Source of the DNA: Macrostomum lignano
Taxonomy: Eukaryota
DNA: 44,958 bases
Direction of reading: 5' to 3'
Assembly: GCA_002269645.1 (NCBI GenBank)
Contig: NIVC01004465.1
Location: forward strand, 1 to 44,958
Shown here piece by piece: positions 1-13,500 of the stretch (positions are counted from its first letter, which is position 1; the number at the start of each line of letters is the position of its first letter). The notes below the pieces were generated by a model. The model was not told the origin of the DNA, did no database searches, and saw only the letters and a program-made list of their open reading frames with translations. The position numbers were made by a program, and so were the translations under genes.

Positions 1-99
1 AACTTGCTGTGTCAGATTAAATTTAAATGTCAGCAATAATTAAATTGTTTTCCTTATTGTTTAATATGCGAATTAAGTGCTAGATTACTGAAGTAGAAG

Positions 100-420
100 A
101 GTACTGAAGTAGAAGAGTACTAAAGTACTAGAGTACTAAAGTGCTAGAGTACTAAAGCTAGAGTACTAAAATGCTAGAGTACTAAAGTACTAGAGTACTA
201 AAGTACTAGAGTACTAAAGTACTAGAGTACTAAAGTACTAGAGTACTAAAGTACTAGAGTACTAAAGTAATAAAGTACCAAAGTGCTAGAGTACTAAAGT
301 ACTAGAGTACGAAAACACTAGAGTACTAAAGTACTAGGGTACTAAATAAAGTACTAGAGTACTAAAGTACTAGTACTAAAAATAGAATACTGAAGTACTA
401 GAACACTAAAGTACTAGTTA
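100..420. repeat. 16-bp minisatellite (AGTACTAAAGTACTAG)n built from 8-bp AGTACT palindromic subunits
   Basis: Tandem periodicity is directly visible, downstream of the syntaxin stop. Confidence 0.9.
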
Positions 421-837
421 GATCAGAAACTTTTAAGTAAAGTAGCTTGCACTGAAATAATCAGTAATATAAAAAGTAATATTTCGATTGTTTATTACAT
501 TTTAATTACAATACAAAGCCAATAACGTATGTGAGATTTGAACACAACATTAAAAAAGTCATCAATTGTCCAAACCAGATAGAAACTTGTTTACTGAAGT
601 TACAAAAGAGCTATACATAAGCAAACATTAATTGGCCTGGATATGAAATGGAAGAGGAGAAATCAATTCAGAAAGTGAGTCAGAACAATTTTAGTGATGG
701 GTCGAGAAAGCTTTTAACAAAGTTAATCTTATTTTAGGCAGTAGCGTGATCGCAAATTGTGGAGTATTTGCTGTAATTACAGGTAAAAATAAAAGTTCTA
801 TCAATCTATTTATTTCGGATTGGCGTCGAACTCGAGT

Positions 838-3800
838 CTAATGGCCGCGTACTGACAGATAGATGATCAGGGCCAGGATTCCCGCCACAACAATGCCAAC
901 GATGATTAAAATGATGCACTTCTTGCGGGCCTTGCGCTGAAGTGTTTTTAGTGGATTATTATCCAATAGTGAGGGATGTGGGATTATCCAATAGTGAGGG
1001 ATGTGGGATTATCCAATAGTGATGGATATGTGATTATCCAATAGTGAGAGATATGGGATTATCCAATAGTGAGAGATATGGGATTATCCAATAGTGAGGG
1101 ATATGGGATTATCCAATAGTGATGGATATGTGATTATCCAATAGTGAGAGATATGGGATTATCCAATAGTGAGGGATATGGGATTATCCAATAGTAAGGG
1201 ATATGGGATTATCCAATAGTGAGGGATATGGGATTATCCAATAGTGAGGGATGTGGGATTATCCAATAGTGAGGGATGTGGGATTATCCAATAGTGAGGG
1301 ATATGGGATTATCCAATAGTGAGGGATATGGGATTATCCAATAGTGAGAGATATGGGATTATCCAATAGTGAGGGATATGGTATTATCCAATAGTGAGAG
1401 ATATGGGATTATCCAATAGTGAGAGTGCAGTGATCCGCTAGTTAATGTTAGGCGTCGCACTTTGTCAGCAGTTGCCCTTGCCCTCGCCCTCGCCCTGGGT
1501 TGCTGTCTGCCGCTGATCAGCTTCCCGCCTCCCTTCTTTTGGCTGTCTGTTGCTACTCCCTTCCCTCCTTCTGCCCGTGTTGCCCTTCGTTTCTCAGCCC
1601 TCAGCTTCTCTGCTGTGGGCTGTCCTTGTTTCGTCAGTCTCTGTTTCCCTGTCATGTGAGCCAGTCACATGACAGGCCTTGTTTTCTTGGAGTCTTAAAG
1701 TGCAGTAAACATTTTTACTGCACTCGCTGGTCCTGTTTACCGGGAGAGTCACGTGCTTACGGCCCCCTCCCTTCTCTAAGGAGAGGAGTGATTCATGTTG
1801 CTAAAAATAGCAACTGAGTCACAGCCGCGTGCACTCTGCCTGAAGACCCCAAGTAACGTCAGTTCTAAGAATAGAACGAGTCACGAGGTCTTGCGCGCAT
1901 TGGGACTCTGCCCGGAGGCTTTGAGTGACGTCAGTTCTAAAAATAGAACGAGTCACGAGATATTGTGCAATGGACAGGGGTGAATCCCGCGCTATAAATA
2001 GGACCCCTCCCTTGTTTCCGTCAAGGAGTCTCTAGTTTCTAGTTCTTAGTTTCGAACTTCCGAGTCTAAGTTTGAGTCACCCGTTTTCTAAGTGCCTGCG
2101 TTCAGTGAGTTCTCTCCTATTGGTCTGACTGTGATCCCACTAAAGTCAACCCTTGCCTAAGAGAGACTAACACCGCTCTCCCTGCACTAACCAAGCCCGG
2201 CAGGTACTGCTAACGAGACGCCTGTTACATTGAGCTGCAAATCTGCTCCCGGTGCTGTGTTCGTTGACTTCGTTATTTCGTTCCGACGGGAAGCTCACCT
2301 CATCGAAGGCCGAGACCTGAAGGAACTGGTGGCAGCACTACCTACGCTACTGAGAATTGAGAAGGCTTCCGAGTGAGAAGACGGAGAGCCCAAATCACTG
2401 TGCTAGACAGCAGGAGACGCACAAGTACTTCACTGGTGGCAGCGGTGGGATTCAAAGACCTACCCGGCCACTTCGAGACAACCCCGAGACAACTCTAAGT
2501 ACTACAAGAGATATGGGATTATCCAATAGTAAGGGATATGGGATTATCCAATAGTAAGGGATATGGGATTATCCAATAGTAAGGGATATGGGATTATCCA
2601 ATAGTGAGGGATATGGGATTATCCAATAGTAAGGGATATGGGATTATCCAATAGTGAAGGATATGGGATTATCCAATAGTGAGGGATGTGGGATTACCCA
2701 ATAGTGAGGGATGTGGGATTATCCAATAGTGAGGGATGTGGGATTATCCAATAGTGAGGGATATGGGATTATCCAATAGTGAGGGATGTGGGATTATCCA
2801 ATAGTGAGGGATGTGGGATTATCCAATAGTGAGGGATGTGGGATTACCCAATAGTGAGGGATGTGGGATTATCCAATAGTGAGGGATGTGGGATTATCCA
2901 ATAGTGAGGGATGTGGGATTATCCAATAGTGAGGGATGTGGGATTATCCAATAGTGAGGGATGTGGGATTATCCAATAGTGAGGGATGTGGGATTATCCA
3001 ATAGTGAGGGATATGGGATTATCCAATAGTGAGGGATATGGGATTATCCAATAGTGAGGGATATGGGATTATTCAATAGTGAGAGATATGGGATTATCCA
3101 ATAGTGAGGGATGTGGGATTATCCAATAGTGAGGGATGTGGGATTATCCAATAGTGAGGGATGTGGGATTATCCAATAGTGAGGGATATGGGATTATCCA
3201 ATAGTGAGAGATATGTGATTATCCAATAGTGAGGGATATGGGATTATCCAATAGTGAGAGATATGGGATTATCCAATAGTGATGGATATGGGATTATCCA
3301 ATAGTGAGGGATGTGGGATTATCCAATAGTGAGGGACATGGGATTATTCAATAGTGAGGGATATGTGATTATCCAATAGTGAGGGATATGGGATTATCCA
3401 ATAGTGAGGGATATGGAAATATCCAATAGTGAGGGACATGGGATTATCCAATACAGAAAGAACATGACGATAGAGACGAGAACAAAGGATGTTTAAAAGG
3501 GCCTAAAATATTGTCAACAAAATGCAGCTAAAAATAACCTTTAACGACAAAGGAACACTTTAAACGTATGATCCAGGTGCCAAAACAAAATTCCCATTTT
3601 TCAATTCTATTGGGATAGAAGCAGGGAAATTGCAATTAAAATTGATTAAACGAACCCGAAATTAAACAGCAAGGAACAAGAGTAAATTGAATGAATTATT
3701 GAGAATGAAAAAAACAATTTCTTGTCTGATGAAAGACCTGCTTAATCAATCGATTTTCTGCATATATTAGGGTCACATCATAACAGATTTCAGCGTGTCA

Positions 3801-5313
3801 AATCCCATCCAAGGGGATTCTAGCCCCCCAAATCCCATCCAAGGGGATTCTAGCCTGTCAAATCCCATCCAAGGGAATTCTAGCCTGTCAAATCCCATCC
3901 AAGGGGATTCTAGCCTGTCAATTCCCATCCAAGGGGATTCTAGCCTGTCAAATCCCATCCAAGGGGATTCTAGCCTGTCGAATCCCATCCAAGGGGATCT
4001 TAGACTGACAAATCCCATTACTTTAGGTGATTATTTAAATTTAGATTTAGGAGATAAGAAGCTACATGTACGTAAAAAGTTCACAAAAACTGAGAATATC
4101 CCACCTTGTACACCACCGCCTGCCGCAGCTGGTCCCTGCCCTCCTCTGCGTTGTCGGCAGCCGAAGCCACATTCTGCGCAATATCGTCGCCTGTGCAGGG
4201 TCGAGCGGTTGATTGGATTAAAGAGACGGGGTTTAAAAGAGGCTAGCGTCTTCATGTAATGGTGAGAATGGAGAGAGGGAGAGGATGGGAGATGCAATGA
4301 AGAGATAAAGACCGCGAGGAGAGGCGGGGAAGGAAAACAGGAGTGACAGAGTGATAGGAGAAAAGAATAGAGAGAAATAGATGAGATACGGAGGGGAAAG
4401 AGGGAGAAAAGAGAAGGGAGGGAGAAAAGAGAAGGGAGGGAGAGAAGGGAAGAGAAGGGGAGAGAAGGGAGAGAAGGGGAGAGGGAGAGAAGGGGAGAGG
4501 GAGAGAAGGGGAGAGAAGGGTAGAGAAGGGGAGAGAGGGAGAGAAGGGGAGAGAGGGAGAGAAGGGGAGAGAGGGAGAGAAGGGGAGAGAGGGAGAGAAG
4601 GGGAGAGGGAGAGAAGGGGAGAGAGAACAGGGGAGAGTTGCGTGAGAGTGAGGGAAGATGTATAGGTTGAGAGACATGACCAGATAGAAAAGCGAGCAAC
4701 ACACGGTGAGTGAGTGGAGCGAAACAGAGGGCACACAGAGGAAGCGCGATTTAGAGACACACCAGAGACAGTAAAATGAGCACAATATGACTTCCTAACT
4801 ACGAGTACATGAATAACGACAAAATGCGAGATTTGTCGGAGGAAATTTTCCGGATTTCAGCTTTAGTTTTAGCTGGTTTTTCCCGCTGCTTATACGGAAC
4901 GCAAATGCTAATTTTCGCAGAATTGTTTTCAAACTTCGATTCGAAACAGTAAATTAAGCAGTTTGAGCTCACACATGATTCCCTGATCGTAGACCATGCT
5001 AGACAGCTCCTTGAACATCTCCTCGATATTCTGTATGTCGCCAAGCATCTCGCGCATCCGCTGCTCCTGATTCTGCATGTTCAACAGCTCGGCGTTGGCC
5101 TGCAGCTGGTCTTGGCGGGCTAGGCCGGACATCTGGTCTGCCGCTTCATCTTGCTGCTGCTGCTGCTGCTCCTGCTGCAGCTGTACCAGATCGTGCACCC
5201 TGCGCATTGCCGTCTCTTGCACCCGCTTGTACTTGGCCACGGATGCCTTGTACTGCTCTAGCAGTCTGGTACGCCTGTGGCAGTGGGAGTGATCTGTGTG
5301 TTTAGAGTCTGCA

Positions 5314-5367
<54 letters not shown>

Positions 5368-5413
5368 GTGTCTGTCTGCCAGTCTGTCTGTCTGTCTGCC
5401 AGTCTGTCTGCCA

Positions 5414-5457
<44 letters not shown>

Positions 5458-5461
5458 GCCA

Positions 5462-5493
<32 letters not shown>

Positions 5494-5533
5494 GCCAGTC
5501 AGTCTGTGTGTCTGTCTGTCTGTCTGCCAGTCA

Positions 5534-5569
<36 letters not shown>

Positions 5570-5633
5570 GCCAGTCTGTCTGTCTGTCTGTCTGCCAGTC
5601 TGTCTGCCAGTCTGTCTGTCTGTCTGTCTGCCA

Positions 5634-5665
<32 letters not shown>

Positions 5666-6203
5666 GCCAGTCTGTCTGTCTGTCTATCTGTCTGTCTTGG
5701 TGTCTGTCTGTCTGTCTGTCTGTCTGTCTTTGTGTCTGTCTGTCTTAGTGTCTGTCTGTCTGCCAGTCTGTCTGTCTTTTTGTCTGTTTTGGTGTCTGTT
5801 GCTCATCTGCCTGTGCCTGGCTCTGTCTGCGCACGTTTTAGTTTGTACTTTGTGTTTATGCTAGTAACATAGTCTATACACCGGCCCTCAAACCAAGCTA
5901 CCTAGTGTTGAGCATGCTGTTATCAGTTCTGAGCGAGCTGAGCTGCTGCAACAGATCGGCAGACGCGGAGATCAGAGCATTGGTGCCGCTCTGCTTGTCG
6001 CTAATAGCCGAGGTGATTGACACAACGTTGCTAGGCCGGCCGGCGTTGAGCTGGGCGCACAGGCGTTCCAAGTCTTTCACGTTGTTGTCCAATTTTTGAA
6101 CATTATAAGTGCACCTGTCAATCAATTGTGCCAATTTGCGATCGTCTTCCTGTTGGCTGAAGCCGGCGCTGCCGCTGCTGCCACCGATGCTGCCGTAGGA
6201 CAT
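838..6203 (-). CDS. STX7/STX12: Syntaxin-7/12-like endosomal Qa-SNARE; complement(join(838..936,4105..4190,4973..5274,5902..6203)), 262 aa
   Basis: Exons of 302+302+86+99 = 789 nt have GT-AG boundaries and matching phases (2, 1, 0). The translation gives an Habc region (LAQLIDRCTYNVQKLDNNV), a SNARE motif (EQRMREMLGDIQNIEEMFKELSSMVYDQGIMC|DDIAQNVASAADNAEEGRDQLRQAVVYK) and a C-terminal basic+TM tail (RKARKKCIILIIVGIVVAGILALIIYLSVRGH*). STX7 and STX12 cannot be told apart by eye. Confidence 0.92.
958..3453. repeat. 25-bp minisatellite (ATATGGGATTATCCAATAGTGAGGG)n, split by a solo LTR at 1426-2506
   Basis: Tandem copies at 958-1425 and 2507-3453, inside syntaxin intron 3. Confidence 0.95.
1426..2506 (+). 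mobile_element. Solo LTR (Gypsy-like), 1081 bp
   Basis: Termini TGCAGT...ACTACA (TG...CA). 4-bp duplication AGAG at 1422-1425 and 2507-2510; removing the element restores the satellite unit. TATAAATA at 1993-2000 and an internal direct repeat of about 30 bp (about 1858-1887 and 1930-1959). No coding remnant. Confidence 0.8.
3797..4020. repeat. 30-bp minisatellite (AATCCCATCCAAGGGGATTCTAGCCTGTCA)n, about 7.5 copies
   Basis: Direct tandem copies in syntaxin intron 3. Confidence 0.95.
4261..4660. repeat. GA-rich polypurine tract with an 18-bp core unit (GGAGAGAAGGGGAGAGAG)
   Basis: Visible in syntaxin intron 2; it produces several spurious L/S/P- and R/E/G-rich ORFs. Confidence 0.9.
5308..5800. 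repeat. (TCTG)n microsatellite with CCAG interruptions
   Basis: Fills most of syntaxin intron 1. Confidence 0.95.
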
Positions 6204-6345
6204 CGACAAGCATAGAAGGACGAATTTGTTGTTAACTGCTAAATACGCTACTAGAAGCAGACTCCTGCAGCTAACCGTAGACTTATAGGCAAAAAATAAT
6301 CTATTACTGAATTTTACAAAAAGTACCAAAATAGGCAAGAAATAG

Positions 6346-7622
6346 GCGAGATAATTGGCTGATAATTGAGACAGATACAGGTGAGATAATTGGCTGATAA
6401 TTGAGACAGATACAGGTGAGATAATTGGCTGATAATTGAGACAGATACAGGTGAGATAAGTGGCTGATAATTGAGACAGATACAGGTGAGATAATTGACT
6501 GATAATTGAGACAGATACAGGTGAGATAATTGACAGATACAGGTGAGATAATTGGCTGATAATTGAGACAGATACAGGTGAGATAATTGGCTGATAATTG
6601 AGACAGATACAGGTGAGATAAGTGGCTGATAATTGAGACAGATACAGGTGAGATAATTGACTGATAATTGAGACAGATACAGGTGAGATAATTGACAGAT
6701 ACAGGTGAGATAATTGGCTGATAATTGAGACAGATACAGGTGAGATAATTGAGACAGATACAGGTGAGATAATTGGCTGATAACTGAGACAGATACAGGT
6801 GAGATAATTGGCTGATAATTGAGACAGATACAGGTGAGATAAGTGGCTGATAATTGAGACAGATACAGGTGAGATAATTGGCTGATAATTGAGACAGATA
6901 CAGGTGAGATAAGTGGCTGATAATTGAGACAGATACAGGTGAGATAAGTGGCTGATAATTGAGACAGATACAGGTGAGATAATTGGCTGATAACTGAGAC
7001 GGATACAGGTGAGATAAGTGGCTGATAATTGAGACAGATACAGGTGAGATAATTGACTGATAATTGAGACAGATACAGGTGAGATAATTGGCTGATAATT
7101 GAGACAGATACAGGTGAGATAATTGAGACAGATACAGGTGAGATAATTGGCTGATAACTGAGACAGATACAGGTGAGATAAGTGGCTGATAATTGAGACA
7201 GATACAGGTGAGATAATTGACTGATAGTTGAGACAGATACAGGTGAGATAATTGAGACAGATACAGGTGAGATAATTGGCTGATAATTGAGGCAGATACA
7301 GGTGAGATAATTGGCTGATAATTGAGACAGATACAGGTGAGATAATTGAGACAGATACAGGTGAGATAATTGGCTGATAATTGAGACAGATACAGGTGAG
7401 ATAATTGGCTGATAATTGAGACGGATACAGGTGAGATAATTGGCTGATAATTGAGACAGATACAGGTGAGATAATTGGCTGATAATTTAGACAGATACAG
7501 GTGAGATAATTGAGACAGATACAGGTGAGATAATTGGCTGATAATTGAGACAGATACAGGTGAGATTATTGGCTGATAATTGAGACAGATACAGGTGAGA
7601 TTATTGGCTGATTACTGAGACA
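6346..7622. repeat. 35-bp minisatellite (GGTGAGATAATTGGCTGATAATTGAGACAGATACA)n with shorter deletion variants
   Basis: Tandem periodicity; begins about 140 bp 5' of the syntaxin ATG. Confidence 0.95.
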
Positions 7623-9459
7623 AATACGATCAGGAAATGCTGCTTGAAAAAATCAAACCATGCACATTATATGTAAAGACAAATAATGAAAATAAGAACA
7701 AAGACCACTTGTATTTTATGCATAAATACAGCTTCAAAGCAGAGTCGGCTTTTCTGATAGTAAATGAAGTACATGGGACAAGTTTACTACTATTATATCG
7801 TTTTGATAATTTGTCAGTTTACAATGATGCACAAAAATATATAATATACTAATAAAATATAGTCAATATGCGCACTAAGGGCATTATTATAATGCAGTTA
7901 GGAAGAAATATTTGAGACAATTACCAAGAAAAATAATTATATTTCAATAAATTAATGTGACATCAAAAGAGCTGCTTTACATTTTTCTTTTTATATAAAG
8001 ACCTGCTTAATAGCGAAACTACTTCTAGTAATACAAACAATAAAAGTGAGTTTATTTCTTTATCCGTTTAGATTTGGAGACATCGCACAAAAATTAGCAG
8101 CTAAGTACAGAGAGAGAATCACAGGCACAGAAATGAAGACTTAACTGGTACTTCTTATCTTATTAAACTGCTAAAACTGCATACATCAAGAAATGCTTCT
8201 ACGTGCAGTACGATATCATAATTCATATGTAATTTAATCATAAGACATTTCTAGTAAATATAAATGATAAAACTACATATAATAAACTATAGAAGATATT
8301 TACCTAACCGCACAGATACTAGAATAACTAGATAGGCCATTGAGCACATTTGCGTGTAGGCTACTTTCAGTTCAGTAGTAGGTTAAACTGAAGCATTTTA
8401 ATGTATTTTAAAGCCAAGGTTAGTTTATTGGCTCTTCCCTTCACTTAAACCCTCTAACCGCGCCTTTCCCACTACCCCCCGCCCCACCCCAATTTTATTG
8501 CCTGTCTCGGAATTCCAGTCTAAAGCTACCATGTACATTTCAGTGGACTGGCTAATGTACATTACTGCTGAACCAATTAGCAAGTTGTTTACGCCTGCAA
8601 GCTTGGGACTTCTAAACTTATTAAAGTCATTTCAGCTGACTCTATTTTTATAAAACAGCTTATGTATTCTTTTGCTACTGAACTGAGAGTAGAAAGCTGT
8701 TTTACTAAGTATTTATGCCTGAGTGGCCCATCCCAGTTATTCTAGTATCTGTGGTCACCGTATCGAAATTCAATAATTCTTAAAGAAACACGCACACTGA
8801 CGCTGACAGTAGCGCAAAGCGAAAATCCTCCTATAATTGATTTATTAAGTCGAATAAATTGCAACATTTAGGATGAAATTAAACAAATTAAATGGTATTG
8901 TTTTGTGTCAGACAGTCTCGAAAGCGCGTAGGAACGAGGACAAGGATCTCGGAGCTGCTGTTGGGGAGAAAAAGATTTCGAGGCAAAAAAACGAATAAAT
9001 TTATGTATTTAAATGACTGAGCAAATTTCACACACTATTATCTACACTTCTCTGTATTATTTAGCCAGAGAAAATGTGTTGCCTCTTGGAAAGCGACGAT
9101 TGCAAATGAAAGATAAACAAATTAAAAAAACTAATATAGACACTGTTCGCGTGTATGGATAATAGATTAAAAAATACAAATTTACCTGGCCGCGACTGCA
9201 TTGGGAGCCAATACGGGGTGTGAAAGTGAAACAAATTCAAAGTATGAGGCAACAGCAAATCAAATTATTTCAATAATTTTACTATATAAATAATAATTAA
9301 ACCATGTGAAAGTAACAATCATAATAATATAGTTTCATAAGTAATGCATTTTTTCTGTTTGAACTTGCGAGCAAGTTTGTTTTATTAAATTAGGCCTGGC
9401 ACAAAATAAATGATAATTAAGCAATTCAATCGAAGCTGTGAGAGTTAACGTGTCTAATT

Positions 9460-10450
9460 CCCCGGATTAGGAATTAGGACTGGTGGATTGGGAATAGGAT
9501 TAGGGATTAGGAATCTAGATTGATGGAACAGAGATTCGTGATTAGGATCAGGGATTTAAAATCGAGATCGATGGATCAGAAAATAGGATCAGGGATTAGG
9601 AATCTAGATTGATGGATTAGGGAGTAGGATAAGGAATTAGGAATCCAGATCGAGGGATTAGGGATTAGGAGTCTAGATCGAGGGATTAGGGATTAGTATC
9701 AGGAATTAGGAGTCTAGATTGATGGATTAGGGATTATGATTAGGGATTAGGATCAGGGATTAGAAATCTAGATCAATGGATTAGAGATTAGGATCAAGGA
9801 TTAGAAATTTAGATCAATGGATTAGGGATTAGGATCAGGGATTAGGAATCCAGATCGAGGGATTAGGGATTAGGAGTCTAGATCGAGGGATTAGGGATTA
9901 GGAATGCAGATCGAGGGATCAGGAATTAGGAGTCTAGATTGATGGATTAGGGATTAAGAATCCAGATCGGGGGATTAGAGATTAGGATCAAGGATTAGAA
10001 ATCTAGATCAATGGATTAGAGATTAGGATCAAAGATTAGAAATCTAGATCAATGGATTAGGGATTAGGATCAGGGATTAGGAATCCAGATCGAGGGATTA
10101 GGGATTAGGAGTCTAGATCGAGAGATTAGGGATTAGGAATGCAGATCGAGGAATCAGGAATTAGGAGTCTAGATTGATGGATTAGGGATTAGGAATCCAG
10201 ATCGGGGATTAGGGATTAGGATCAAGGATTAGAAATCTAGATCGATAGATTAGGGATTAGGATCAGGGATTAGAAATCTAGATCGATGGATTAGGGATTA
10301 GGATCAAGGATTAGAAATCTAGATCGATGGATTAGGGATTAGGATCAGGGATTAGGAATCCAGATCGAGGGATTAGGATTAGGAGTCTAGATCGACGGAT
10401 TAGGGATTAGGATCAGGGATTAGGATCATGGATTAGGAATCGGGATCGGG
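9460..10450. repeat. Degenerate GGGATTA/AGATCGA heptamer-based higher-order repeat
   Basis: Recurrent GGGATTAGGGATTAGGA-RTCTAGATCGA blocks just downstream of the MATH-BTB stop. Confidence 0.9.
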
Positions 10451-10596
10451 AAAATTAATCAAATCAACAGGTGGACCCGAATACACTGTATTCCAAGAAA
10501 ACTGGAATTCACACACCTGACACTCGCAATGCGCAGTTGCACGTGAGGTACGCTTATCTCCGCTACATCGCCCAGTAACTAAACAAACAAAAAAAG

Positions 10597-13500
10597 CTAT
10601 GAAGATTTTTTTGAGCGACGAATAACTTGAGTAAGCACCTCGGAGGTGAGATCTGGCCAGGACTTTTGCAGTTCCTCCCATTCCGGCTTGCAGACAACTC
10701 GTTGAGCGCTGTGCTTCATAAACTGGCAGCAGGCCTGCTTCAGGCCGGCCGCCTTGTGCATGTGAGCTAGCAGTAGGATCTCTTCGAAATTGTTGAAACA
10801 GATTTGTCTGGCCAGGAGGTCGGCGCATGCCGCTTTCAACGAGTTCACCTCGTATTTGTCCGCCACCTTCAGGATCTCAGCCAGGTCCTCCACTCTGCGG
10901 GGCATGACGAGTAGGGGAAGGATGATGGCTTTAGTGCTCAAATCAGAGTTCAAGAACTTAACCTCTGATAACTAGTGTGCTCAACTCCTGATAACTACAG
11001 TGTGCTCAACTTCTGTTAACTACAGTGTGCTCAACTCCTGTTAACTACAGTGTGCTCAACTCCTGATAACTACAGTGTGCTCAACTTCTGTTAACTACAG
11101 TGTGCTCAACTCCTGTTAACTACAGTGTGCTCAACTCCTGTTAACTACAGTGTGCTCAACTCCTGTTAACTACAGTGTGCTCAACTCCTGTTAACTACAG
11201 TGTGCTCAACTCCTGATAACTTATCCTATCAGCTTACAATGTGCTCAATCCTGACAGCTTACAGTGTGCTCAAATCCTGACACGCATAGACAGTATGGTT
11301 AACCCAGACACCAATAGACAGTGTGCTCAACCCTGACACCCATAGACAGTGTCCCCCCCACACCCCATGGACAGTGTGGTCAACCCTGATACCAATAGAC
11401 AGTGTGCTCAACCCTGACACCCAGAGACAGTGTGGTCAACCCTGACACCCAGAGACAGTGTGGTCAACCCTGACACCCATAGACAGTGTGCTCAACCCTG
11501 ACACCCATGGACAGTGTGGTCAATCCTGACACCCATAGACAGTGTGCGCAACCCTGACATCTATAGTCAATGTGCTCAATCCTGACACCCATAGATAGTG
11601 TGCTCAACCCTGACACCAATAGACAGTGTGCGCAACCCTGACACCTATAGTCAATGTGCTCAATCCTGACACCCATAGACAGTGTGCTCAACCCTGACAC
11701 CAATAGACAGTGTGCTCAACCCTGACACCCATAGACAGTGTGTCCCCCCACACCCCATAGACAGTGTGGTCAACCCTGACACCAATAGACAGTGTGCTCA
11801 ACCCTGACACCCATGGACAGTGTGGTCAACCCTGACACCCATAGACAGTGTGGTCAACCCTGACACCAATAGACAGTATGGTTAACCCAGACACCAATAG
11901 ACAGTGTGCTCAACCCTGACACCCATAGACAGTGTGTCCCCCCCCACACCCCATGGACAGTGTGATCAACCCTAACACCCATAGACAGTGTGCTCAACCC
12001 TGACACCCATAGACAGTGTGCTCAACCCTGACACCCATAGACAGTAATACAGTGTGGTCAACCCTGACACCCATAGACAGTAATAGACAGTGTGGTCAAC
12101 CCTGACACCCATAGACAGTGTGCTCAACCCTGACACCAATAGACAGTGTGCGCAACCCTGACACCCATGGACAGTGTGCTCAACCCTGACACCCATAGAC
12201 AGTGTGCTCAACCCTGACACCCATAGACAGTAATACAGTGTGGTCAACCCTGACACCCATAGACAGTGTGCTCAACCCTGACACCAATAGACAGTGTGCG
12301 CAACCCTGACACCTATAGTCAATGTGCTCAACCCTGACACCAATAAACAGTGTGCGCAACCCTGACACCTATAGTCAATGTGCTCAATCCTGAAAGTCAT
12401 AGACAGTGTGCTCAACCCTGACACCCATAGACAGTGTGCTCAACCCTGACACCCATAGACAGTGTGGTCAACCCTGACACCCATAGACAGTGTGCGCAAC
12501 CCTGACACCTATAGTCAATGTGCTCAACCCTGACACCCATAGTCAATGTGCTCAACCCTGACACCCATAGACAGTGTGCTCAACCCTGACACCCATAGAC
12601 AGTGTTCTCAACCCTGACACCCATAGACAGTGTGCTCAACCCTGACACCCATAGACAGTGTTCTCAACCCTGACACCCATAGACAGTGTTCTCAACCCTG
12701 ACACCCATAGACAGTGTGCTCAACCCTGAGACCCATAGACAGTGTACTCAACGGTACTTTATTCAATCACCCCTATGACGCAAACAGTAAAAAACCAATG
12801 CACTAACAAACCTATGCTCAACTCCCATATTGCCGGTGTAGAGAAACCGCATCACGTGACGCCAAGTTTCCGGACTAGTATCGCAAATATCGACTCTATT
12901 TGACGAGGATTCTTTGCATCGATGCGCAAACATTGCTTTAAAAACGCTAGATCTGGCCGCTAATACGGTTTTATGAGCTCGGAATACGGTCTCACCGATG
13001 CCGATGCTAATATCAGCGAAAGTGTGATCCTCTAACAAGCTAGACATGTCTTCAGCTAGACAAGCCAGATTGTCACCCGATGGCGCAGCTACGGCGCTAG
13101 AACACACGTGCTGATATTCGCCCTTAAGTATGAAATCTAGATTGCAAATAACTGATAGAGATGTGCCGCGTAATTTGCCTTTCTCAACAAATCGTTTGAA
13201 GCCCCAGTCGTTTTCTTCTTTGTTGAACATGTGCTGCAGGTGCTTCTTGCCGAATTGCACCTGGGGCAAGGGGGGTGCTCTTTTATTAGTTCACTCGGGT
13301 GTGATGTGCTCGGAGAAAACTGGTAACCACTACCGTCTCTTCCCGATGCTTCAGGGCCTCATTGCACTCTCTTCCCGATGCTTCAGGGCCTCATTGCACT
13401 CTCTTCCCGATGCTTCAGGGCCTCATTACACTCTCTTCCCGATTCTTCAGGGCCTCAGTACCCTCTCTTCCCAATTCTTAACGGCCTCAGTACCCTCTCT

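Noticed and set aside
691-837. 48 open codons after the syntaxin TAG (readthrough or variant genetic code)
   Set aside because: Syntaxins end just after the TM helix, the extension looks like UTR in composition, and other genes here use TAG, TAA and TGA as ordinary stops.
3773-5872. Long ORFs with SNPIQGDSSL, LSPSLP, REGERG or CLSV repeats
   Set aside because: These are translations of intronic mini- and microsatellites.
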